From a virus (taxonomy: Duplodnaviria; Heunggongvirae; Uroviricota; Caudoviricetes): 64,000 bases of DNA. Location of the stretch: IMG/VR virus record IMGVR_UViG_3300035210_000151; one strand, given 5' to 3'. The notes beneath the pieces are model-generated. The model saw nothing but the letters and a program-made list of their open reading frames with translations. It was not told the origin of the DNA and made no database searches. The position numbers were made by a program, and so were the translations under genes. Shown here piece after piece: positions 1 through 10,277 of the stretch. The stretch's first letter is position 1; each line of letters starts with the position of its first letter.

Positions 1-43
1 GATAAAACCTACCAGCCTAGAAGCAGAAATTGAATATCGTTAT

Positions 44-763
44 TTGGAAACACATGTTATTAATGAAAATAATATGCATGAATACAAAGATAATTTCATT
101 GATATGTTGAAAGATTTTTCTCATATTATAAAATTTGAGTTTAAACGAGCACAATTGAATGACTTTTTATCATTATTCGGATTTTCGTCTGCAAAAGATA
201 CTTTGTCTTTTGACGATGAGCAAGGGTGTAAGATAGCTTTAACTATTCTCGTTGAGGATGAGGTTGTACAAGACCTCTATGTTTTACAATGGGTTGAATT
301 TACTAAGAATGATCGTTATGAACACAGTTATTTTACATCTTACAATCTACAAGGTGTTGCTGTTTCTCGGACCTTTAAGTCAGCAAACAAAATATTGAAA
401 GGACTCACCCTTAAAACTATTCATTATATCATAGACCGTGAGACTCTTAAAATTGAGCAAATTGGTTATTGTTTTAACGATAATAGAAAGCTACAAAAAG
501 GGATTAATGGCTATGTAACAATGATCGTTGAACATCCATTAAAAAGAATTGTTGAACACACTCATTCATTTGATCATGTAAATATTTATGATGTTTACTA
601 TACTGTACATGGGAAATCTAAGGAAATACGACTAATTGATATATTAACCCAGTGTGATTTTAGTTGTGCTAAAATGTATGGCACCGATTATACTGATTTT
701 CTTAATATGTCTAAAATGTTTACTAAAAGAGAGCGGGACATCATTGAGATGATGTATATCTGA
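44..763 (+). CDS. hypothetical protein, family A; C-terminal tail ...IIEMMYI
   Basis: 239 aa ORF. Paralog of the next gene (shared LQKGINGxVxMVVExPxK and HDVNIYDV blocks). Weak SD; window starts just upstream, so the start is uncertain. Confidence 0.55.
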   Translation: METHVINENNMHEYKDNFIDMLKDFSHIIKFEFKRAQLNDFLSLFGFSSAKDTLSFDDEQGCKIALTILVEDEVVQDLYVLQWVEFTKNDRYEHSYFTSYNLQGVAVSRTFKSANKILKGLTLKTIHYIIDRETLKIEQIGYCFNDNRKLQKGINGYVTMIVEHPLKRIVEHTHSFDHVNIYDVYYTVHGKSKEIRLIDILTQCDFSCAKMYGTDYTDFLNMSKMFTKRERDIIEMMYI

Positions 764-788
764 ATACGATTAAGGGGTGAGAGAGAAT

Positions 789-1568
789 ATGCCAGAAGCT
801 ATTGAAGATGATTACTTATCTAGAATTGAATTTCATTATGTTGATAACTATCTGATCAATAAAGAAAACTGTGAAGAATACAAACCGCTGGTTATGAATA
901 TTATTGAAAGTTCAAATTATTGCTTGAAGTTTGAATTGAACACTGATGAACTCAATCAGTTTTTTAGTGATCTTGGTTTTGAAGTTAATGAAATTACTTA
1001 TAGATACAGTAATCACAAAGGCTGTGTACTTGAACTTGCTTCAGCGGTTGTTGATAAAAAAGAGCAGTCCTATTTTATAATAATTAGTGCATCCTTTGAA
1101 AAAGGAATCGAATATTCTTTGTCATATACCCTAAATTTCAATCCGTCAGGACTGCCACGGATGATTAAATTTGCAAAACCTAAACGATTATTAAAAGATC
1201 TTTATTTAAAAAGTATGTCCTATGAAATTGATGACACCACGTTTAAAATCGACCAAATTTGGTATTTCTTGGAAGACTGCAGACCTTTGCAGAAAGGTAT
1301 TAATGGCACAGTTCCTATGGTGGTTGAACGCCCCATTAAAAGCATACTTCAAGAAGATGGCACAACTTTACACGATGTTAATATTTATGATGTGCATTAT
1401 TTTGTCTTTAAATCAGGTGAACTGGAATCTATTTTACTGAGTGATATTCTTAAGACATGTGAGATCAGTGTGACTAAACTGTATGGCAGTAGCTTTACTC
1501 ATTTTTTAAGAACCAATAAGATGTTTAATAAAAGAGAGCTTGATCTTATCAGAATGGCTTATATTTGA
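789..1568 (+). CDS. hypothetical protein, family A paralog; tail ...LIRMAYI
   Basis: ORF track starts at a GTG (777). The ATG at 789 is preceded by the strong SD AAGGGGTGAGAGAG. Clear similarity to 44..763. Confidence 0.65.
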   Translation: MPEAIEDDYLSRIEFHYVDNYLINKENCEEYKPLVMNIIESSNYCLKFELNTDELNQFFSDLGFEVNEITYRYSNHKGCVLELASAVVDKKEQSYFIIISASFEKGIEYSLSYTLNFNPSGLPRMIKFAKPKRLLKDLYLKSMSYEIDDTTFKIDQIWYFLEDCRPLQKGINGTVPMVVERPIKSILQEDGTTLHDVNIYDVHYFVFKSGELESILLSDILKTCEISVTKLYGSSFTHFLRTNKMFNKRELDLIRMAYI

Positions 1569-1573
1569 ATACA

Positions 1574-1603
1574 AAAAAACCACATCTATATGTGGTTTTT
1601 TAT
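1574..1603 (+). terminator. rho-independent terminator
   Basis: aaccacatctatatgtggtt hairpin followed by a T-tract. Confidence 0.7.
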
Positions 1604-1614
1604 TCGTAGTGTTA

Positions 1615-2067
1615 TCAAGGTTTGTTTTTAATTGGTTTCACTTTTACTTCTGGCGTCTCTGGCTTAGGTGCATGAATTTCTTGATATTTTTTAGCCACTG
1701 GATAAATATCGCTTAGGTCTGTTTCTCCAAGAAAATCTTCTTTAAAATACTGCGAATCAAAATAACGATCAATGTCTTCATTGTAATACAATTCATAGTT
1801 ACAAATATGTTTTTCAACAAGATCATAAAACTTATCAGGATTGTCAATATTTTCAGTCAATAAAGACGTTTTTAATTCCTTGACAAACTCATCAAAGGCT
1901 TCATCACCCTTTTCAAAAGGTGGAAAGTCATCTGCTGACATTGTGTCATAACTCCATGCCGCCCATACTCTTGTGCAGGAATAAATATTGCTAAATGCTT
2001 TTCCGATTTCTTTGTCCAATGCTTCATTGGTTTCAAGTTTTGCTTTAATTTCTTCTAATACACTCAT
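1615..2067 (-). CDS. hypothetical acidic protein
   Basis: ORF 1615..2127. The internal ATG at 2067 (MSVLEE...) has an AAGG SD-like upstream; the longer start has none. Confidence 0.5.
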   Translation of the reverse strand: MSVLEEIKAKLETNEALDKEIGKAFSNIYSCTRVWAAWSYDTMSADDFPPFEKGDEAFDEFVKELKTSLLTENIDNPDKFYDLVEKHICNYELYYNEDIDRYFDSQYFKEDFLGETDLSDIYPVAKKYQEIHAPKPETPEVKVKPIKNKP

Positions 2068-2189
2068 TTTTGTAACCTTTTTTGTTTGATTATTTCTTAT
2101 TATATCATTTATTTCTAAAAAAAACATTGCGATTTTTATATTTTTTTGTTAATATCTTTATACAAAATATGCAATAAGTAGAGGTAGTT

Positions 2190-2624
2190 ATGAAAAATAC
2201 ATCAGCAGAATGGGTAAATTTAATTCGTTACAGACTACAATGTGAAAAAGATGGTTATCCAGAGAATTATCTTGCCATTGTTATTAATGCTATGAATGAT
2301 GAATGTATTGATCCTCAGAACCCTCTTATTTTTATGGACAACGTAGGTCATGTGCTTACCATTAAATACCTTAACACATTAACGATTAAAGCGATTAATA
2401 AGTTGTTTACTGATTATGGCTTTGCCGATGACATTAAATACTTTTTAACACTTACTGAGCCTATGGCTTTGCAGTATATAGAGGATTATCGTATTAACTA
2501 TCAGCAATACAGTGTCTTTAAAACGCTGTTGAGTTTTCAGGCAATTGAAAGCATTTCAAATATTGATAAAAAAAGATTTATTTTAACATTAAAAAGAAGC
2601 AAAAACAGTGAAGGTGTGGTATAA
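2190..2624 (+). CDS. hypothetical protein
   Basis: 144 aa ORF with SD GAGGTAG 6 nt upstream. Confidence 0.6.
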   Translation: MKNTSAEWVNLIRYRLQCEKDGYPENYLAIVINAMNDECIDPQNPLIFMDNVGHVLTIKYLNTLTIKAINKLFTDYGFADDIKYFLTLTEPMALQYIEDYRINYQQYSVFKTLLSFQAIESISNIDKKRFILTLKRSKNSEGVV

Positions 2625-2651
2625 TACTCATCTACTTTACGGAGAGTTCTA

Positions 2652-3245
2652 ATGATTTATCTATTTAAGCGAGCCAGCAGTGATTTCAATCGAGTGTTAA
2701 AGACCCTTGGCTACGAGATTGCTCAAGCTAAAAATGAATATGAAATGAAAACTCATATGTTGGAATACTTTTCTGAATCGTGTCTGGGTTTGGATGATAT
2801 TAAACGTGATGAAGAAGTTAGATTTAAACTCAATGAAGTTTTTATGGCTCTTACGGATGGCGAAATTGAACGAGCAAAGTCTCATATTGAGCGTCTTGAA
2901 CCTGTTGTTAAAGCAATGATTCCCCATAGCCTGCTTGAACTAGTTGGCCTTGATTTTGATGGTAAGAAAGTATTTAACCATTCAAACCTTGATTTAAATG
3001 AATACGCTGAATATGCTCGACTAATTTCAGTAATTTCGCATCATTATCGTGAAGATGAGATCGATAAAGCTGAGTATTTTGAGAAGAGATTGTACGAACT
3101 AGTCAGGGTTAGCGAACTTAGTGTGGCAGTTGATGACAAAATGCCTGATGATGAACTTCTTGATATTTGTGCTGAATACCTTAAAAAGTGTAAAGATCCA
3201 GAAGCCAAAATGATCGCTTTTCTTATCAACAAAGCCAAAGCTTAA
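2652..3245 (+). CDS. hypothetical protein
   Basis: 197 aa ORF with SD GGAGAG upstream. Confidence 0.6.
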   Translation: MIYLFKRASSDFNRVLKTLGYEIAQAKNEYEMKTHMLEYFSESCLGLDDIKRDEEVRFKLNEVFMALTDGEIERAKSHIERLEPVVKAMIPHSLLELVGLDFDGKKVFNHSNLDLNEYAEYARLISVISHHYREDEIDKAEYFEKRLYELVRVSELSVAVDDKMPDDELLDICAEYLKKCKDPEAKMIAFLINKAKA

Positions 3246-3260
3246 TTAGAGGATTACTTT

Positions 3261-4532
3261 ATGATGCGAAATATTGATTTGCCTAAATTCGCTGGATCTA
3301 TTTCTGTGGTCTTGCAAGACATGTTTCTTGCAGGTCTTAAAAATGGCGACTTTAAGAAATTATCTGAAATCAAGAACTATAATAATAAAACAGAAACCAC
3401 CTTGATTACATCAAGACCTTATGATTGTTTTCAGTATATTTTTAAACTGGATGAACTTTTCAGTGTGTATCGTATTGCACAAGAAAAAGTTGCTGAACAT
3501 ATGGATTACCAACGAGAACATATCATGACAGCTCTGTTAACCAGTCCAAAAGAATGGGAGCGAATGAAGAAAGATGGTTCATTTAACATGATGGCGTCTT
3601 ATCAATTTCATGTGTCCAGCATTTCATTGTTGAAAAAAATGATGGTTGATCTTGATCTTAATCATTTTGACGATAAATATCATTATTTTGAAGAAGACAT
3701 GGCTCTTTATAATTTTGGTTTCAAAAGTGATATTGATATTATTTTTGAGGCTTCAACTGAGTATGAAAATGAATTTGAAATGGGTAGTGATTGTTTTCAT
3801 AAACATCAAATAGGTTCAAAAGAAGTTGTTTCCTATACCAGTACATCAGCGTGTGTGACTAAATTCATTCTGTATGAACGTGATGTGAATACTGGCACTA
3901 TTCGTGTTTTTGAAGAGCTTGAAGAAAATGTCGATGGTGAACAGTTTCCGCACGACACAATTGTTATTGGTGAATATCCAGAAATTGTAAAACATTACAT
4001 TGATAACGCTGAACCTTGTGTTGTCATTGAAAATGGTGTTTTTATTAAAAATGAAAACCCCTATGTTATTCTTACGTCTTCTTTTATTGGAGAGAGCTTG
4101 GCACAGGAGTTCTCGATTGAGAAAACTAAACCTTATGATGTTACCAGTTTAGCGTCTGTTATGGAATATATGACTTATGACAACATTAACTTGTTGTATA
4201 CTTATGGCATGTGGTCAAGTGATTGCAAATGGAAGAAAAATTCCTCTGGTAAGTATTACATTGCTTTTAATGAAGAGCTACTAAGCACTTATAAACGTGA
4301 AACTGCAATGGTTCATGGTAGTAACGAATATGGATATATCAGTGTGTATAGTTATAAAAGTCCCATGTATAAACTACCAGAAACAGGTGAAATTGAACCT
4401 GAATGGTTAGATTTGGTGGTGAAATCCTATACATTTGTTTCTAAAAACCATAAGAAACTGCCAGTGTGTGAGGCCAAAGAAAAAGACATTCAACAAGTAG
4501 CAGAAAAACTATTGGCAAGAAATTGCATTTAA
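3261..4532 (+). CDS. hypothetical protein
   Basis: 423 aa ORF with SD AGAGGA upstream; followed by a terminator. Confidence 0.65.
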   Translation: MMRNIDLPKFAGSISVVLQDMFLAGLKNGDFKKLSEIKNYNNKTETTLITSRPYDCFQYIFKLDELFSVYRIAQEKVAEHMDYQREHIMTALLTSPKEWERMKKDGSFNMMASYQFHVSSISLLKKMMVDLDLNHFDDKYHYFEEDMALYNFGFKSDIDIIFEASTEYENEFEMGSDCFHKHQIGSKEVVSYTSTSACVTKFILYERDVNTGTIRVFEELEENVDGEQFPHDTIVIGEYPEIVKHYIDNAEPCVVIENGVFIKNENPYVILTSSFIGESLAQEFSIEKTKPYDVTSLASVMEYMTYDNINLLYTYGMWSSDCKWKKNSSGKYYIAFNEELLSTYKRETAMVHGSNEYGYISVYSYKSPMYKLPETGEIEPEWLDLVVKSYTFVSKNHKKLPVCEAKEKDIQQVAEKLLARNCI

Positions 4533-4537
4533 ATTAG

Positions 4538-4563
4538 AAGGCTAAGCGATTAGCCTTTTTTAT
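4538..4563 (+). terminator. rho-independent terminator
   Basis: ggctaagcgattagcc hairpin plus T-tract. Confidence 0.6.
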
Positions 4564-4646
4564 TGTCTACGAAGTCATTTTTTTAAATAAAAGATGACTT
4601 TTTTCATTTATTTTGATACAATACACAAAATTATAGAGGGCTAGTT

Positions 4647-5465
4647 ATGATTGAACTGATGGCTAAACATTATAAATCTGGTTTTGATGATCAGGACATT
4701 AAACCTTTCATGAAATCCTGCCTGAAAATGGTAGATAATGGCTTAGTTGTTCATAACTTGCCCAAAGTGACGAGAGATGGCATTGATTTACAAGTTGGCT
4801 TTAATAAGGCATATACTGCTTTGATTGATAACATGGAGTATGAAGCCCCATTCAGTCAGGAACAGATGTTCGAAATTTGTACTAATCTTTTCACAGTGAT
4901 GTTTGAATATCGACTATTCACATCAGGTACTGGGTTTGAAAGCCGGTTTAAGACACCACAACGGATGAGCAGTAAGCTATCCAGCTTCTGGTATGATAAG
5001 CGATTTAATCGCATGACAGTACCAGCAGAAATCTATGATGATCACGGTGATTACCGCACAAACAGCACTATTCCAGTGTCGTTGACCTATGATATTATTT
5101 TTAATGAATACATTGCAGGCATTCAACATACCTTTCATACGCCAACCAAATTCAGTTCAGCAATGATGGGGCAGAAGAACCATCAAGAATTGATTATTAA
5201 TTTTAGAAAACTGGCTAACGTTTTTTATTACAATGTGAAAATTATTAGTCTTGATGACTTGGATAAAGAAAATGTTCTTTTTCAAACATTCAAGACATTT
5301 GAAAAATTCGATGACTTCTTAGCCGAGTTGACGTATGTGATTAAACGTGAGCTGTTTAACATTAACTATAAAGCTCGTTTTGAAGCCTTCACTGGCACCA
5401 CTATTGATTTTGAGAGCTTTGATGTCGAATCAATTAATACACTTTTCGATATGATGAAAATTTAA
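4647..5465 (+). CDS. hypothetical protein; tail ...INTLFDMMKI (shared C-terminal motif)
   Basis: 272 aa ORF. SD AGAGGG. Extended -10 TGATACAAT upstream. Confidence 0.6.
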   Translation: MIELMAKHYKSGFDDQDIKPFMKSCLKMVDNGLVVHNLPKVTRDGIDLQVGFNKAYTALIDNMEYEAPFSQEQMFEICTNLFTVMFEYRLFTSGTGFESRFKTPQRMSSKLSSFWYDKRFNRMTVPAEIYDDHGDYRTNSTIPVSLTYDIIFNEYIAGIQHTFHTPTKFSSAMMGQKNHQELIINFRKLANVFYYNVKIISLDDLDKENVLFQTFKTFEKFDDFLAELTYVIKRELFNINYKARFEAFTGTTIDFESFDVESINTLFDMMKI

Positions 5466-5495
5466 CAAAAAATCACCTTCAAAGCCTTAATTTAC

Positions 5496-5524
5496 TTGAT
5501 CTAGGCCATTTAAAATGGTATAAT
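5496..5524 (+). promoter_or_regulatory. sigma-A/sigma-70-like promoter for ligA
   Basis: TTGATC, 17 bp spacer, TATAAT with upstream TG (tggTATAAT). Confidence 0.5.
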
Positions 5525-5550
5525 ATATGAAATCAAACGGAGCTTAATAC

Positions 5551-7425
5551 ATGAATATCAATGACATCAAATACCCAACAACCGAAGCTGCTTTCATTGA
5601 GCTGCTTGAAGATTATAACGATTGCTACCGTAAATCGTTGCCAAAGACTGCCTTGTTTGGTCTTGATCCAATTGCCGATGAAAATTATGACGCTGTTGTT
5701 GAAGATTTTCGTGCTAAATTCCCTGAATCAACATGGTTTGATGAAATTGAATTGGAAGAAGTGGGCGAAAACGCTATTACTCACTCTTCTCCTATGCTGT
5801 CAACCGAAAAATTCTATACTTCCGAAGCGTTGGCTAAATGGTTTAAACGTGTTGAAGACGTAGCTCACGATCTTCATGTGAAATCCATGTATAAAGTTAC
5901 TTGCAAACTTGATGGTTTTGCGGGTTGCCATGAAACAGAAAAACTGTCCACTCGTGGTGATGGCATTCGTGGTAACGACATTACTTACATCTACGATAAA
6001 GGTGTTATTCGTAAAGAAAATGCCGAAGGCCGTGGCGAGTTGGTGATTGATAAAACTTATTTTGCAGAAAACCTTGCTTCGATGTTCCCACATCCACGTA
6101 ACATGATGAGCAGCGTTTTGTCTCAGGAAGACACACGCCCTGAAACTCAGAAGGCTTTGGATGACGGTGCGATTCACTTTGTTCCTTATACCACTTTGCA
6201 GGCTTATGTTGGCACGGCTGATGACATTCTTGCTAACCTTGAACAAATCAACAACGATTTGCGTGCTGCGATTCCTTACTTGATTGACGGTTTCGTGATT
6301 GAATCCATTGTTCCAGAAATTAAGGAATACATGGGCTACAACAACCATCACAACAAATGGCAGTGTGCGTTTAAAGAACGTGGTGAAACTGCACAAACTA
6401 CCGTGCTTGATGTCAAACTTCAAGTCGGTCGCACGGGCACTATCACGCCGGTTCTTGCTGTGGCTCCTGTGCTTGTGTCGGGTGCAACCATCAGTAACGT
6501 AACCGCTCACCACATGAACAACGTTCGCACGAACAAAATGGGTGTAGGTGCTGTCATTGAAATCATTCGTAGTGGTGAAGTAATCCCTAAAATTGAAAAA
6601 GTGATTACCCAAGCTGAATACGAGGTTCCAACGAACTGCCCTTGCTGTAACACTGTGCTTGAATGGGAAAGTCACTTCCTTTTCTGCCCTAACCATTCCG
6701 GTTGTTCGGAACAAATTAGCCAGACCTTGTTGCACTTCTTTGCAACATTGGCTAACAACGATGGTTTTGGTGGCAAAACAGTCGCTAAGTTGGTTGAAGC
6801 AGGTTTCGACACCTTGGAAAAGATTTACGCCATGAAAGAGCAAGATTTCTTGACCGCAGGTTTTGGTAAAGGTGAAAGCCCTAACTTGGTCGCCGCTCTT
6901 GAAACCAGTAAATCAAGTCAAATTGAAGACTGGCGTTTCCTTGCAGCCTTCGGTATTTCAAGTCTTGGTAAAGGTGACTCTAAAAAGTTGCTTAAAGTCT
7001 TCAATATCGACGCATTGCATGAAGTCGAAGAAGGTAAGTTGATTAAGATGAAAGGTTACGGCAAAGTGAACAGCGTTATCATTCCAGCCGGTATTCAAGA
7101 AAAACTTGAATTGATTAACACCTTGCGTCCTTTGTTCAACCTTGAATTGTCTTCACAAGCAGTTGTTGACAACGATAGTCCATTCTCTGGTAAGAACGTG
7201 GTGGTAACTGGCACAATGGTTAGCTATTCACGTAAAGAGATTGAAGCGTTCTTCACATCGAAAGGTGCGAAGATTCAAAGCAAAGCAAGCAAGACAACAC
7301 AAATTCTTGTTTATGGTGAAAGTGCTGGTAGTAAACTCGCTGACGCCCAAGCCTTGAAAGCGAAAGGTGTTGATATTGAAATCTTGACCGAAGCTGAATT
7401 TGTTGCAAAATACATTTCAGTTTAA
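5551..7425 (+). CDS. ligA: NAD-dependent DNA ligase
   Basis: 624 aa. Adenylation motif CKLDG. Cys4 zinc finger CPCCN...CPNHSGC. HhH region. C-terminal BRCT-like domain. SD GGAG. Confidence 0.9.
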   Translation: MNINDIKYPTTEAAFIELLEDYNDCYRKSLPKTALFGLDPIADENYDAVVEDFRAKFPESTWFDEIELEEVGENAITHSSPMLSTEKFYTSEALAKWFKRVEDVAHDLHVKSMYKVTCKLDGFAGCHETEKLSTRGDGIRGNDITYIYDKGVIRKENAEGRGELVIDKTYFAENLASMFPHPRNMMSSVLSQEDTRPETQKALDDGAIHFVPYTTLQAYVGTADDILANLEQINNDLRAAIPYLIDGFVIESIVPEIKEYMGYNNHHNKWQCAFKERGETAQTTVLDVKLQVGRTGTITPVLAVAPVLVSGATISNVTAHHMNNVRTNKMGVGAVIEIIRSGEVIPKIEKVITQAEYEVPTNCPCCNTVLEWESHFLFCPNHSGCSEQISQTLLHFFATLANNDGFGGKTVAKLVEAGFDTLEKIYAMKEQDFLTAGFGKGESPNLVAALETSKSSQIEDWRFLAAFGISSLGKGDSKKLLKVFNIDALHEVEEGKLIKMKGYGKVNSVIIPAGIQEKLELINTLRPLFNLELSSQAVVDNDSPFSGKNVVVTGTMVSYSRKEIEAFFTSKGAKIQSKASKTTQILVYGESAGSKLADAQALKAKGVDIEILTEAEFVAKYISV

Positions 7426-7443
7426 TTCACACAGCTAGCAGAT

Positions 7444-7467
7444 AAAGCCTCTTCGGAGGCTTTTTTG
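7444..7467 (+). terminator. rho-independent terminator
   Basis: aaagcctcttcggaggcttt hairpin plus T-tract. Confidence 0.7.
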
Positions 7468-7496
7468 TTGCTTATACATTTAAGACATGCTATAAT
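7468..7496 (+). promoter_or_regulatory. sigma-A-like promoter
   Basis: TTGCTT, 17 bp spacer, TATAAT (tgcTATAAT). Confidence 0.5.
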
Positions 7497-7518
7497 CGTC
7501 CTATTATTGGGGGATGTT

Positions 7519-8382
7519 ATGCAATCTATTATAAACAGTCTACGGCCAGAAGAAATTGTTGCTAATCACATACATCAAGCACTCAGTGCTCATGTCGCTA
7601 TCAACATGCCCTCAGAAGGCGGAAGTGTTCCCGGCACTTTTGGACAGTTTGAATTTAAAATCACTCATACAGACAGTCACTTTAATGTTTTTATTCATAA
7701 AAACCGTGCAATTTTCAAAGTCGATCACTTTGTAAAAGAAGATCGTAATGAGTTTGAACACACTTTTTGCAAAGCCTTTAACATCAAAAGAGAAACTGTC
7801 GATAATGTGTTAAAAGCCTATCTTGACGTTGCTAAAAATATGTCTTCATCTGGCATATTGTCGATTGTTCAGAATGATTTTGAACCAGTAGCTTCAAATC
7901 CAGTGGCCTATATTTCTTTTAAATCTAAATATGCCCAAGATGATGTATGTTGCCGGTGTAATATTGCCCAATTAAAATTCAATCAGGCTTACAAAAAAAA
8001 CAAAAGATACAGCCATATAAAGGTTTCTTTGATTAAAAGTCAACTTCATTTTTATATTGATCAACACAACAACCTTAAACCCATATTTATTGTAGATACT
8101 TGGTTTGACCAAGACTATGCGGCCAGTTTTATTGTGGATGTTTATGCTGATGCTGTGTATACAACTCGACAAGTGTTTGCGGCTCGTTCTTATGAAGACC
8201 TTATTTCGATGTCTCGACCTATTAATAAAGACCAATTGCTTGAAATCATGGAAGCACAATTTATCAGTAGGCTTCTCCCTGTCATTAAGCAACGTTACGG
8301 CTTAAAAAAAGATCAGATTGATTTGGCTAATACTGAAATGCGAGATCGTTACCTTTCTTTATTGATGATGGAGTCCATATGA
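7519..8382 (+). CDS. hypothetical protein; tail ...RYLSLLMMESI
   Basis: ORF 7465..8382. The longer N-terminus overlaps the promoter. The ATG at 7519 has SD TGGGGGA. Confidence 0.6.
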   Translation: MQSIINSLRPEEIVANHIHQALSAHVAINMPSEGGSVPGTFGQFEFKITHTDSHFNVFIHKNRAIFKVDHFVKEDRNEFEHTFCKAFNIKRETVDNVLKAYLDVAKNMSSSGILSIVQNDFEPVASNPVAYISFKSKYAQDDVCCRCNIAQLKFNQAYKKNKRYSHIKVSLIKSQLHFYIDQHNNLKPIFIVDTWFDQDYAASFIVDVYADAVYTTRQVFAARSYEDLISMSRPINKDQLLEIMEAQFISRLLPVIKQRYGLKKDQIDLANTEMRDRYLSLLMMESI

Positions 8383-8999
8383 GCCAAGATTTTTACCAAC
8401 ATAAAGACTACCCTAAAATCTCAAAAGAATACACACTTGATGATATTAGAAAATTTATAGACACTATTACATTTACTAAAGACGATAAGGTTTATACCAC
8501 TGATGAAGTGATGGATAACGTTACCACCTATAATAACTATTGTGACTACAGTAAAATTTCGGTTGATTGTTTCACTATTTTTTGGCAACTTGAAAGCTGT
8601 GAACGTAAGCTAACTCAATTAGCAGCCGCACATTGCACACGGAATAATGATGGTGATATCCATTTTCCTATTTTGGATAAAATTTACCAAATTGCTAATA
8701 GTCTGAATGTTCAAGATGACCCATTCGATGATTATGAAGAAGCTTTTTATTTTGATAAAAATGGATTGCTTAAAGTGGCTAGGACACTTAGATTAACGGA
8801 CTCTTGTAACGAAGACGATGATGGTGTTGAAATTATTATGTATGAAGGCATGGATGATACGCTTTACTATGACATGATTGAGGAATTCTTTAATAGAGCC
8901 TATATTCGTTATATGTCTGATTTACCCGATGAACTTAGAAAACCTATTACTCAGATGACACCAGAGGAATATAAAGTATTTTTGATGTATGTGATTTGA
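8379..8999 (+). CDS. hypothetical protein, family B; tail ...EEYKVFLMYVI
   Basis: 206 aa. ATGA start/stop overlap with the upstream gene. Shares the PEELRKP...T.EE...M.I tail block with the next two genes. Confidence 0.65.
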   Translation: MSQDFYQHKDYPKISKEYTLDDIRKFIDTITFTKDDKVYTTDEVMDNVTTYNNYCDYSKISVDCFTIFWQLESCERKLTQLAAAHCTRNNDGDIHFPILDKIYQIANSLNVQDDPFDDYEEAFYFDKNGLLKVARTLRLTDSCNEDDDGVEIIMYEGMDDTLYYDMIEEFFNRAYIRYMSDLPDELRKPITQMTPEEYKVFLMYVI

Positions 9000-9014
9000 T
9001 TCTAGGAGTTTTTT

Positions 9015-9581
9015 ATGACGATTGAAACCTATAAGTTTACTGATGAGACTGTCTTTGAAGCTCTTCAAACTTTTTGTTTGATTAATTCTATTAAAAAGGA
9101 AGAGTTTTGTGCAGCACTTCCAGAGATTATGACTCGTGAAATTATTTTTGATAATCAAACTATTTCGATGGGTCATTGTTTCAAAATCAAATGGAACCAT
9201 CCTTTTTGTGAACCATTGGCTGAATATTTAGACCATCGTTATACGTTTGAGAGCCGTCTTGAAAAAACACTGGGTTTTTATGATGACTTTTTTAATAAGT
9301 ATCCAAGAAAAGACTGTTATTATGTTAATGGTCATTATGCTTTTGATATGGATCAAAGACTGAGAAAAGTTTATTCATTTGACTTTACTGACATTGAGTT
9401 GGGCAATGATTATATGCGGTTTCTTGAATTTGATGACACTAATTTAATCTCATTGGAAACTAGAATTTTCGATTACTATTTTCAGTATTTTGGTAATACC
9501 AATACCCCAGAAGAGTTAAGAAGACCATTAAGTCAATTAACAAAAGAAGAGATATCGTTACTTCAAATGATTCATATCTAA
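9015..9581 (+). CDS. hypothetical protein, family B paralog; tail ...LLQMIHI
   Basis: 188 aa with SD TAGGAG. Similar to 9648..10208 (FESxLxK...DxFFN...DCYY blocks). Confidence 0.65.
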   Translation: MTIETYKFTDETVFEALQTFCLINSIKKEEFCAALPEIMTREIIFDNQTISMGHCFKIKWNHPFCEPLAEYLDHRYTFESRLEKTLGFYDDFFNKYPRKDCYYVNGHYAFDMDQRLRKVYSFDFTDIELGNDYMRFLEFDDTNLISLETRIFDYYFQYFGNTNTPEELRRPLSQLTKEEISLLQMIHI

Positions 9582-9647
9582 ATAGATTGTATAGATTTTT
9601 TGTTGTTATAATGATATAATGTCTTATCTATTTTAAAGGTGATATTG

Positions 9648-10208
9648 ATGATTGAAACCAGAGAGTTTTCCTATGACACAATTTATGAACAGGCCCAAGA
9701 TTTTTTTATTTCGAGAGGAATTACTAAAAAAAGTTTTAGAATGACCCGGCCAAATCTTGTTCATGAACACAATCTAGTTGATCATCTCACACTGGACGAA
9801 GGGCATGCCTTTGGCATTAACTCAAACCATCGCCATTGGTGTGATTTTTTAAATTACCTTGAAGAAAAATATTCATTTGAGTCAAAATTATATAACATCA
9901 TTAAAGACTATGATGAATTTTTCAATCTTGAAAAAAATGATGAGTGTTATAATGAATATGCTTATTATTTTATCAATTCATCTGGGCATATTCAAAAGGT
10001 TCATCTCTTTGAATTTAACGAGCTTGAATATGGTGATTATCACATGTCTCTTTTTGAAGTAAATGATAGCAATATTGAAGAAATGGAAAGGAAAGTGTTA
10101 GATTATTACATTAGTTATTTTGGTAAACCGATTCCAGAAGAATTGATCAAACCCTTAGCAATCATGACACCAGAAGAACGTGAAGTCATTCGCATGATTT
10201 GCATTTAA
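9648..10208 (+). CDS. hypothetical protein, family B paralog; tail ...VIRMICI
   Basis: Track ORF starts at a GTG (9639). ATG at 9648 with SD AAAGGTGA. N-terminus (MIETREF) aligns with its paralog (MTIETYKF). Confidence 0.65.
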   Translation: MIETREFSYDTIYEQAQDFFISRGITKKSFRMTRPNLVHEHNLVDHLTLDEGHAFGINSNHRHWCDFLNYLEEKYSFESKLYNIIKDYDEFFNLEKNDECYNEYAYYFINSSGHIQKVHLFEFNELEYGDYHMSLFEVNDSNIEEMERKVLDYYISYFGKPIPEELIKPLAIMTPEEREVIRMICI

Positions 10209-10211
10209 TTG

Positions 10212-10240
10212 TTGTAAAAACGTCTGCGTTTTGCTATAAT
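10212..10240 (+). promoter_or_regulatory. sigma-A-like promoter
   Basis: TTGTAA, 17 bp spacer, TATAAT (ttgcTATAAT). Confidence 0.45.
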
Positions 10241-10277
10241 ATGGCCTTAACATTAACCACTTGGAGTTTTAAAAGAA

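Noticed and set aside
5800-6843. 347 aa ORF antisense to ligA. Other long antisense or embedded ORFs belong to the same class: 19014..19514, 24813..25157, 30509..30925, 40418..41005.
   Set aside because: They lie entirely inside well-supported genes or across tRNA genes. They lack SD sequences and have low-complexity, atypical composition. They are spurious frames.
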